This document shows, piece after piece, positions 28,901-40,900 of a stretch of 64,000 bases of DNA. Source of the stretch: Leucoraja ocellata (taxonomy: Eukaryota). The stretch is from assembly GCA_036785375.1 (NCBI GenBank), contig JAWMAR010000053.1, positions 4,402,001 to 4,466,000 on the forward strand. Reading direction: 5' to 3'. The notes below the pieces were generated by a model, which saw nothing but the letters and a program-made list of their open reading frames with translations, did no database searches and was not told the DNA's origin. How positions within the stretch are numbered: position 1 is the stretch's first letter; the number at the start of each line of letters is the position of its first letter. The position numbers and the translations under genes are program-made.

Positions 28901-31900
28901 ACCTGTTGAGGTAGTTAAAGCCAGTGATGTTATTCTTGAATGTGAGGTGGCTGGTACAGCTCCTTTTGAAGTTTTGTGGTATAAGGACAATAAACAAATA
29001 CGGCGAAGCAAAAAATACAAAATGATCTCTGACAGTTCTTTGGTCAGTCTTTGCATTCTAACGTCTGATGGCTCGGATGTTGGGGAATACAAGTGCATGG
29101 TAAAGAATGATGTGGGAAGTTGTTCCAGTAGTTCTGCAGTCAATTTGAAAGGTCAGTTCTAAGAAGTAATCGTAACTAGATGTTGTTTGATATTTATTCA
29201 ATTATGTAATATTGTATGTTTCAAAGCAGAATATTTTAAATTATTAAATATCAGTAGTTTCATTTTAAGTTATAACCTGGTATATTCTCTTTACTTTAAA
29301 CTAGAGCGACCAGCCTTCGTGCAAACAATAGAAAATGCAACAGTATTTTCTGGAAATTCTGCTGTATTTCAATGTCTTGTAAGAGGCTCAGTTCCTATTA
29401 TTACAAGCTGGAGAAAAGATGACAAACGTATCAAAGAGGATGATAATATTAAAATTTCCTTTCAAAACAATATGGCCACATTACAGATCGTCAAGGCTGA
29501 AGAAAATCACAGTGGAAATTATATTTGTCAGGCAAAAAATGATGCAGGAACAGCAAAATGCTTTGCCACATTGGCTGTAATGGGTTAGTAGGAAATTATA
29601 AACATAAATATTGCCCACAAATAATAATTTTGATTTGAGTATTTCTCACAGTAAAATTATTACAATTTTTGAATGAATTATATGAATATTAAAGTAAATA
29701 TGTTATGTTATGGTTAACAAATGGAACATTTTCCATGTTGAGTAGCCATTTACTAGGTTGCTTGGTAATATTTGGAATGTAGGTCCTTCTTATCTGGTAC
29801 ATGCCATTGACAAATCTTAGGAAAAGTGCTTCCAATATAATAGTTTTGTTATTTTATTATTTTCCCTATAATATCTGTTTTGTGAGGCACTGTATGGTGA
29901 ACGTATTAACAACGACCACATTCGGTCAGCATGTAGTAGAAACATTTATTATCATAGTATTATCTAATTTTGAAGATTTGAACCTTCAAGAGACCTACAA
30001 ATCCACAGTGATGTTTATTCTCCACAAAATTTATTATCATAATCTTGGAAAAATATTGCTTAATTTTTGATGTAAATAATATATTTTTCCCACAGAACCT
30101 GCAAATATCACAGAAAAAACTGAGTCTCTCACAGTAACTTCAGGAAATCCAGCTATTCTGGAATGTACAGTAGCTGGAACACCAGTATTAAATGTTGCAT
30201 GGTTCAAAAATGGAAAGCAGCTAGAAACAAACAGAAGATATAGATTGAGTTTTGTGAATAAGGTGGCCTGTCTAAAAATGTTGGCTGTTGACATAAACGA
30301 CAGTGGAGACTATACTTTTGAAGTCCAGAATGAGTTTGGAGCCAACCAATGTAGTATTTCTTTGACTGTGATAGGTCAGTATGCAAATTGTGTTGATGTT
30401 TTGTCTCTTATATCTTTTGATTGCCATAGTTTATTACAAAGTTAGAAGTACATCATTGTTTTTTTTATCATTTTGTTTCTTTATGTTGAGCAGAACAAAT
30501 AATTCCTCCGTTGTTTACAAGAAAATTAAAGGACGTGGGCAGTACTTTAGGGTATTTTGTGCGAATGGAAAGCAAAGTTTCTGGTTCTATTCCAATGAAT
30601 ATAACTTGGTGTAAAGAGGACAAAGAAATATCAGCTAGTAACAAATACAAGATGCTATTTCAAGAGAACACAATCTCATTAGAAATCAATGAACTAGACT
30701 TTTCAGATGGTGGAATTTACGTTTGCAAAGTAGCAAATTCAGCAGGAAAGGATGAATGCAGTGCTGTCTTAAGTATAAAAGGTTTGAATAGTTGCTTTCC
30801 TACATGCCTTTCTCAAATGTAAATACATTCTTTACAAAGAGTTTCTATATGTAGTTTGACAAAGTACTGAAGTAGTTAAATAAATGAATTAACCATCTAT
30901 CTTTATTTTAAGAACACTTAAACTTTTAAAGAATATATTAGTGCATCTTATTTGGAAAGTTAAATTTAATCTGATCATTTTTTCTAGTATAAATTTGAAT
31001 CTGAGTTAATTGAATCTTTTTTAATTGATTTTTAGAACCCCCAAGCTTTATAGATAAAATAATATCTCAAGAAGTTATACTCGGTTCTACGGTACAATTT
31101 AGGGGTGTTGTGAAAGGAAGCACACCACTATCCACAAAATGGTTCAAAGGGGACAGAGAATTGATGCATGGTGTGGCATATTCTATTTGGAATGAAGGCT
31201 CGACATACTTTCTAGAATTGCTCTCAGCCAAAATATCTGATGCGGGTAGCTACACCTGCCAAGTTAGCAACGAAGTTGGTAAAGATGACTGTTCTGCAAA
31301 TCTCCTTGTTAAAGGTGCGCAATTCTGGCTTTTTATACTCTGTTTTGAGTTGTATAAATAGTTTTTTTTTTTGCTTTGTTACCTTGAAAATTTAGTTACA
31401 TTATTTTGTTTTCTTGACGGTGTTTGTTACCTCGTACATTCAACAACATCATTTTATCTTCCTGATGGCTGACTGGATATTGCCAAAGAAATGCATACTT
31501 GCAAGAATGAAGTGGGCTTGGTGGCCTTGTGGCATTCAAATGTCAGTTGATTGTCCGACTCAGTGCTTTTGGAAGTCCTGGAGTTTCCCCATTAACTGCA
31601 AGATAAAGCACGATTTAGTGGTGGAGAATTCTGTCTTGCTTCAGGAAACAAAAATGAGAATTTTCCTCAGTGAAATTAAGGACAATGATGGAGATTTTAA
31701 GGATTCTTATAGCCTGGTCTCACATCACATGACTGAGTAATAAACAATTTTACTGGATGCAGTTATGGGGAACATGAAAAAAGGAATATTGTTTCCCTGA
31801 TTTAAGAGGGGGCTCACTTTGAGTAGGTTTGGAGAATTTGATTAGTGTTTTGTGGCCAATTATTTATGCATACACATTCGTTGGTTTTGATTACCGTATA

Positions 31901-34900
31901 AATGTATGTTGAAATATATAATATTTTGGCTTTTAGAACCTCCAAGCTTCATTAAAAAGCTGCAATCGCCAACCGTCCTAAAAAAAGGAGTTTCAGCACA
32001 TTTTGAGTGCAGTTTAAGGGGCACACCTAACATTAAAGTTACGTGGTACAAAAATGGCGATGAAATTATGGCCAGTGAAAAGTTTATGATGACATTTGAT
32101 GATGCTGTGGCAGTTCTTGAGATTATTGATGTGATTCTGGACGACAGTGCGTGCTACATCTGTGAGGCACAAAATGAAGCTGGTAGTGAGAGCTGCAGCA
32201 CTGAAGTTGAAGTTAAAGGTCTGTAATAATTCATTGAGACTATAAATTCTTTACTTTCTTGTTCAGGGATATTGATAGTATCTTGATTCATTAAGATGTT
32301 TTTTATTGTGATTACTTTTTAGAACCACCGAGCTTTAGACGAAAACTTCAATCCACTGAGATAGTTAAATCCAGTGATATTTCTCTTGAATGTGAGGTGG
32401 CTGGTACAGCTCCCTTTGAAGTTATGTGGTATAAAGACAATAAACAAATTCGACGTAGTAAAAAATACAAAATGATCTCTGATGGTTCTTTAGTTAGTGT
32501 TTGCATTCTAAATTCTGATACCACAGATGTTGGTGAATACAAATGCATCGTACAAAATGATGTGGGATGTTGTTCCTGCAGTTCTACAGTCAGTTTGAAA
32601 GGTCAGTTTTACAAGTCCATCAGAAAATATTTCCTTCTGAAGTGTATGATGATGGCAGAATCATTTAATTATTTATTTGGAAATTCAATGCTGAACTATT
32701 TGTAAACTGTCATGAAAAGGTGATATAACACCATTTAGTCATGTTATTATTTATTTTAAACTAGAACCCCCAGGATTTATAAAGAAGATTGAAAATATAA
32801 CATCAGTATCAGGAAATTCAGTTGTATTTCACAGTCAAGTAAAAGGCTCAAAGCCTATTTATTTAACTTGGATGAAAGATAAAGATGTTATCGAAGAAGA
32901 TGGTAATATTACTTTGTCTTTTGAGAATAATATTGCTACTCTTCAAATAAATGCTGTTGGAGAAACTCATGCTGGAAAGTACACGTGCCAGGTCAAGAAT
33001 GACGCAGGAACTGAGAAGTGTTTTGCCACATTGTTGGTAGCAGGTCAGTGAGCAATTAATAGCTTGTTATTTCCCTGCATTTCATTTTTCTCATTATAAT
33101 TCAATGCAGGTATTTTGCCATGCATTGACCAAAATGAAATTAATGGTAATGACATATAAAAGAGATTTTTATTCTCATAGAACCAGCAAAAATCACAGAA
33201 CAAGCACAGTCAATCAGTGTGACGGCAGGAAATACAGCAAACCTGGAATGTGCTGTAACTGGTACACCAGAACTAAATGTTAAATGTTTTAAAGATGGTA
33301 ACGAAATGGTGTCTTGTCGAAAACACAGAATCAGCTTTGAGAATAATGTGGTCAGCATAAAGATTTCTTCTGTGTCTAATGATGACACTGCTGAATACAC
33401 TTTTGAAGTCAAGAATCAGTTTGGAATGAGCAGCTGTAAAGCTTCATTGACAGTATTAGGTTAGTATTTTATTTACAATTGGAAGTCAGCTAATCTACAT
33501 AACTAATGCATTTAAATTAATGGTTATTAAATAAGGAAATTGCAATTGCATAAAACACAAATTTATATAAAGATAATGTTATAACTTTCCAATTGGAAAT
33601 TAGTGATGATGGGATATCTAAGAGCAACTGCTGTGAGAAATTTGAAATTAATTTTGGCTTTCAGTAGTCACTATATATATCATATCAATATATCAATACA
33701 CATGATAATTCTTAAAACTTTAAAACGCATTATAGATTTTGATTAATTTTAATATTTGCTGTATGAATTGATTGGCTGTGCTTTTATCATTTTACCTTGG
33801 ACAGATCAACTAATTCCCCCATTGTTTAAACGAAAATCACGCAAAATGAACAGTGTTTTAGGGTCTTTCATACAAATGGAATGCAAAGCTTCTGGTTCCC
33901 TTCCAATGAGCTTCTCATGGTATAAAGAACGCATTTTAATAACAACTAATGAGAAATACAAAATATTATCTCAAGATAACACAACAACTTTGGAAGTGAA
34001 TCAACTAGAGATTTCAGATCATGGAACTTATATTTGCAAAGCAACCAATTCAGTGGGAAGTGATGAATGCAGTGCTTTCTTAAATATAACAGGTTTGAAA
34101 GATGAATTTGCTTCCAGCTTAATTTATATCTTTTTTGTATTTATACACTTAATTTTTTCGATTTTTGCCTCTTACTCTAAGGAAAGCTACTATATTTAGA
34201 GCTTAAAATTTGATTGCAAATTATTGTAATTTCTTATTTTATTAGTAACTTTTTTTTTTTTAATGTACAATATAGTATAAACAATGTACTCTTGGGAACC
34301 AATTGTATTTTTTCCACCTGACTTTCAGAGCCTCCAAACTTTATAGAAAAACCTATGTCCCAGGAAAGCTTACCTGGTTCTACAGTGCATTTTAGAAGTG
34401 TTGTCACAGGAACTGCTCCAGTAACTATTAAATGGCTGAAGGATGGCAGGGAATTGATGTCCGGAGCTGATTGTTTCATTTTAAATGAAAGCTCAACAAG
34501 TTTACTTGAGTTGTTTTCAGCCAAAGTTTCTGATTCAGGAGACTATATTTGTGAAGTCAGCAACAAAGTTGGCAGTATCACTTGTGCAGCAAGACTCTTT
34601 GTAAAAGGTGTGCAATTTGTCTTTACATGTTTAACCATTGTGGAATGATTTTGAATGTTGTGTGCAGTATTTGTGTTTAATATGTTTTGTGATGTTTTTA
34701 TTATTAATGTTCCTTTGTGCCGCGCATTGTCTTCTTTCATTCTTTTTATTGTTTTATATGTATCTAAACTGTTTGTTATGTTGAATAGTTATCTTTTTGT
34801 ATTTTAATATGTTTCATGATTTGTAATAACTTTTTTTTAACAGAACCTCCATATTTTATTAAGAAGTTAGATCCAACAGCAATATTAAAAAAAGGAGAGA

Positions 34901-37900
34901 CAACAATTTTTGAGTGTAAAGTAACTGGCACACCTGAAATCAAAGTAGCTTGGTTCAAGAATTATCGTGAAATTAGTATCGATGAAAAATGCAGAATGAC
35001 ATTTGTTGATTCGGTGGCAATTTTAGAGATTGCTGATGTAAACTTGGATGACACTGGGAATTATTCCTGCAAAGCCCAAAATGAAGCTGGCAGTGAATCT
35101 TGCGACATTATGGTCACTGTTAAAGGTGTGTAAATATTCCCATTTTCATTGTCCATGATTGGTCAATGTCTTTCCAGTCATGTTTCACCTTTTTGTTCAA
35201 TTAGAACCTTTATTTTAAACACTGACTGTTCTGCTATTTGAAATGGGCATTAAACGTAACAGCTTGACAATTGATTTGTGAACCTATATCTAATCATTTT
35301 AATAGAATGTTCCAAAACTGACTCCTAAAGACTGAATTTAATTTCTGGAACACTGCTGGTTAAGTGGAATGCCCTCATTTGGAGACCAAGACTTTCTTTA
35401 TTGGGGCAGAAGCAGCTCTCCCACTTCTTCTGTACCTATATCGAAAGATGTTTAAATTCTCTTGATGACGTTGCTACTTTCCTAGCAATATTTATTCATT
35501 TGCATCATTAGTTTCCTGTTGTCTGATATGATATAAATTCCAATTCTTGCACTCATATCCGCACCCTTCCCTAACTAATTTATATTGAAGATTAGATTCA
35601 TGGGCACCTGAGGGAAAACTGATATGGCTAAATATTATTTTAAAGTTGTGGAAATGTATGAAGCAAAAAAGTTACCAGCATATTACATTTTATTAATCCA
35701 TGTTGAATGATAGCTGTAGCTTATCCCTAACACATAAAAATAAAAATCATACGGACTTTTGCTTCAATGGTTGATGTTGGGAATCATTTTGTAAACCTGA
35801 AACTTAGCCCCTGTGATTTGTAAACTATATTATCGTGTTTGCTCTTCAGAATCTCCTACATTTGTGAAGAAACTTGAACCTGCTGAGGTAGTTAAATCTA
35901 GTGATGTTACTCTTGAATGTGAGGTGGCTGGTACAAGTCCTTTTGAAATTTTGTGGTATAAGGACAATAAACAACTTCGTCGCAGTAAAAAGTACAAAAT
36001 GATCTCCGACATTTCTTTAGTCAGCCTTTGCATTCTAACATCTGATACCTCAGATGTTGGCGAATACAAGTGTATTGTAAAAAATGATGTGGGAAGTTGT
36101 TCTTGCAGTTCTACTGTCAGTTTGAAAGGTCAGTCATGTCCTTATTCGAGTTTCTTGGATATGCATGTTATTTATTTAATTAACAATTACATATTACGTA
36201 ATACTGACTTTTTTCATTCATGGTTTAAATATAACAAGATATTTTTTTCAAATTAGAGCGACCAACCTTCATACAAACAATAGAAAATGCAACAGTATTT
36301 TCTGGAAATTCAGCTGTGTTTCAATGTCATGTAAGAGGATCAGGACCCATAAATACAAGTTGGAAAAAAGATGACAAACGTGTCAAGGAAGATGAAAATA
36401 TTAACATTTCCTTTGAAAATAATATTGCCACATTGCAGATCATTAATGCTGAGGAAAATCACAATGGAAATTATATTTGTCAGGCAAAGAATGATGCAGG
36501 AACAACAAAATGCTTTGCTACTTTGATTGTAATGGGTTAGTAAGAAATTATAAATACAAGTATTATCTGCATAATACGCATTTCATGGAATTTATATTAC
36601 CACAAAAACTATTATAACAAAACTTAAATAGTGCGCAACAAAGTGAGGGATGTTGTAACTGGAAATGGGACATTTCCATGTTGAGCAGCTAGCACTGGAT
36701 GCAGCATCATAAGTAGAATATTGTTTCATTTCTAATTTTCTATGGTACCCAATCAATCATCATCAAATCTTCAAAAGAGCACTGCCATTGTATCAAAGAG
36801 GCAATTTGTTCTTATTGCTCAAGTAATTTGAGGAAGGACATCCTTGTGATTGAGGCAGTGCAGCGTAGGTTCAGGAGATCATATGAGGAAAGATTGAAAA
36901 GACTTGGATTGTATTCACTGAAGTTTAGAAGGATGAGGGGTAATCTTATAGAAACATATGCAATTATAAAAGGACTGGACAAGCTAGATGCAGGAAAAAC
37001 TTTCCCAATGTTGGGCGAGTCCAGAACCAGGGGCCACAGTCTTAGAATAAAGGGGAAGCCATTTAAGACTGAGGTGAGAAAAAACGTTTTCACCCAGAGA
37101 GTTGTAAATTTGTGGAATTCCCTGCCACAGAGGGCAGTGGAGGCCAAATCACTGGACGGATTTAAGAGAGAGTTAGATAGAGCTCTAGGGGCTAGTGGAA
37201 TCAAGGGATATGGGGAGAAGGCAGGCACGGGTTATTGATTGGGGATGATCAGCCATGATCACAATGAATGGCGGTGCTGGCTCAAAGGACCGAATGGTCT
37301 CTTCTTGCACCTATTTTCTATGTTTCTAAGTGTGTTTCTGAATGAGATTGATAACTGATTATCCGGTTAAGGCTAAATTTGTACAATCAGTGCAATGCTG
37401 CCAGCATCTTGACTGGGATTGCTAAATCTAATTTAACACGATACACCTTCAGCAGGAATGCAAAATTACATTGGTCCTAATTTGTTGTGAGGAATCCCAT
37501 CTATTGACAGCTTGCTCTGCTAAAATTTATTAGCTTACAAAAGCAATTCGATCAAATAGTAATGTTCTCGTGATTTAAATGATGTAATTTTTCCACAGAA
37601 CCTGCAAATATCATAGAAAAAACGGAGCCACTCACAGTGACTTCAGGAAACCCAGCAATTTTGGAATGTACCGTAGCTGGTACGCCAGTATTAAATGTTG
37701 CGTGGTTCAAAAATGGAAAACAACTGGAGTCAAACAGAAGATATAAATTGAGTTTTGCAAATAAGATAGCCAGGTTAAAATTTTTGTCTGTTGAAATGGA
37801 TGACAGTGGAGACTATACTTTTGAAGTCCAGAATGAGTTTGGAGCTAACAGCTGCGATATTCCTATGACTGTATTAGGTCAGTAATTACTTCTTGTTAAT

Positions 37901-40900
37901 AGCTTTTTTTTCCTAAAACATCAGATAATACTGGAATTTATCACAGATTTTGTAATATTTGACACAGAAACGTTAATGTTTTTTATTTATCCCTTTATAT
38001 GAACAGAACAAATAATTCCTCCATTGTTAACAAGAAAATTAAAGGAAATAAGCAGTACTTTAGGATCTTTAGTGCGAATGGAATTCAAAGTTTCTGGTTC
38101 TATACCAATGAGCATTACTTGGTACAAAGAGGACAACGAAATACCGGCTAGTAACAAATACAAAATGCTATTTCAAGAGAACATAATTTCATTAGAAATC
38201 ATTGAACTAGACTTCTCAGATGATGGAATTTACACTTGCAAAGCAGCAAATTCAGCAGGAAAAGATGAATGCAGTGCTGTCTTAAGTGTAAAAGGTTTGA
38301 AATATTCCTTTGTCGCATTTCTTTCTCGTCAATATGAAAAGCAAATATTGGCTTTCTTTACAAAAGAGTTTGCATTTGTCATTAGCTGCAGTATTGAAAT
38401 ATTTAAATAAGTGAATCCGCCAATTCAAAATTTTGTTTAGCATTCTTACACTTTTGAAGGCTCTGTAATTCATAAATTTAACGATAATCTGAACATTTCA
38501 TCCAGTTTATACATATATATATAACCCTGAGTTAATCAAACATTTTCTATTGATTTTTTTAGAGCCCCCAAGCTTTACAGATAAAATAATGTCCCAGGAT
38601 GTTGTACTTGGTTCTTCAGTGCAATTTAGAGGTGTTGTAAAAGGAAGCACACCACTATCTACAAAATGGTTCAAAGGGGACAGAGAATTGATGCATAGTA
38701 CGGCATATTCTATTTGGAATGAAGGCTCGTTATATTTCCTAGAATTGCCTTCATCTAAAATATCGGATGCGGGTAATTATACCTGCCAAGTTAGCAACGA
38801 TATTGGTACAGATGCCTGTTCTGCAAACCTGCTTGTTAAAGGTGCGCAATTATGGCTTTGTTCTCCTGTTTTGATATATGCAAAACAGTTTTCTTGCTTT
38901 ACCATCTTGAATGTTTAAATTTCTTTTTCTTGACGGTTACTGTACTTAAGTGGCAGTATATTGCACTGCTGTCCATTGTGAGAATGAGGTATGGTAGTCT
39001 TAAAGCATTGACATTTTTAGGCTTGTTATTCTATATCATGCCATACTACAATTTTGTTCCGTTAACTAAGGCAAAGCACCATACCAATGTTGGGGAATAC
39101 TAATATATAATGTTTAATTTTTGAAAAACTGGCAAATTAGACAGTGTCCAACATAGAACATAGAAAATAGGTGCAGGAGGAGGCCATTTGGCCCTTCGAG
39201 CCAGCACCGCCATTCATTGTGATCATGGCTGATCGTCCTCAATAACCCGTGCCTGCCTTCTCCCCATATCCCTTGACTCCACTAGCCCCTAGTGCTCTAT
39301 CTAACTCTCTCTTAAATTGGTCTCTTAAATCCATCCAGTGATTTGGCCTCCACTGCCCGCTGTGGCAGGGAATTCCATAAATTCACAACTCTCTGGGTGA
39401 AAAAGTTTTTTCTCATCTCAGTCTTAAATGACCTCCCCTTTATTCGAAGACTGTGGCCCCTGGATCTGTCCACTGTAATTTAATTGTACCATCCAATCCT
39501 AAAGTGACAATGATGACAATTTTGAAGACATTTTACTAGACTGCCCCACTCCAACTGTTGAACCATAGAAAGCATTTTATCGGGATGCATCACAGCATGG
39601 TTTGGGAACAGCTCCATCTAAGACCCCATAAAATTGCAGCGAATTATGGACGCAGCCCAGACCATCACATAAACCAACCTCCCTTCTATTAACTCCATTT
39701 ATACCCCACTCTGCCTCAGCAAAGCCAGCAGCATAATCAGTTGCACACCCTGGCCACTCTTTCTTCTCCCCACTCACATCAGGCAAAAGGTATAGTAGTG
39801 TGAAAACACACAGCTCCAGATTCAGGGACAGTTTCTACCTAGCAGTTATCAGGCAACTGAATCATCCTGCCACAACCAGAGAGCAGTGCTGAACTACTAT
39901 CTACCTCTTTGATGACCCTCGGACTATCCTTAATCAGACTTTGCTAGCCTTACCTTGCACTGAACGTTATTCCATTATGTATCTATACACTGTAAATGGA
40001 TCGATTGTATCACGTATTGTCTTTCTGCTGACTGGTTAGCACACAACAAAAGCTTTTCACCTCGGTATACCTGACCATAAACTAAACATTGAAGGAATCT
40101 TAATAGCATTTAAAAACAAAATACTGTTTGCTCTAATTATGATATTAAAACATGATTTTTATTAAATTAGTAACTTGAGCAGTCAATCTTGTTTAAACAG
40201 TTATTTATAATTGTTTAATTGGTTTCAAGTACTATTGAATATCCTTTATATGTTTTTTTTAAATTTATAATATTTTGATTTCTAGAACCCCCTAGTTTCG
40301 TTAAAAAACTGAATTCTTCAACAATAATGAAGGAAGGTGCCTCAGCACGTTTTGAGTGTATTGTAACTGGAACACCTGAAATCAAAGTTTCCTGGTATAA
40401 AAATGGTTCTGAAATTATTGCCAGTGCCAAATATACAACATCATTTGATGGTTCTGTGGCAATTCTTGAGATTATTGACATGATTCTAGAGGACAGTGCC
40501 CATTACGTGTGTGAAATACGAAATGAAGCCGGCAGTGACAACTGCAGCACCGAAGTTGAAATTAAAGGTCTGTAATAATGTCCAAATTCCTAACAAATGA
40601 CATCAGCTACTTTTTTGAGCAAGGATAATGTTAGTTTCTGTGTTTTTTTAATTTTGATTTCTTTATCATGATTTTAGAACCTCCCAGTTTTAGAAGGAAA
40701 CTTCAGTCTGCTGAGGTTATAAGAAACAATGGTGTTATTCTTGAATGTGAATTGGCTGGTACAGGTCCCTTTGACGTAATGTGGTACAAGGACAATAAAA
40801 AGATTCCACCAAGTGAAAAATACAAGATGATCACAAAGAATGTTTTAAGTAGCCTTCATATTTTGAAGGTGGATGTCTCACTTGTTGGCGAATATAAATG

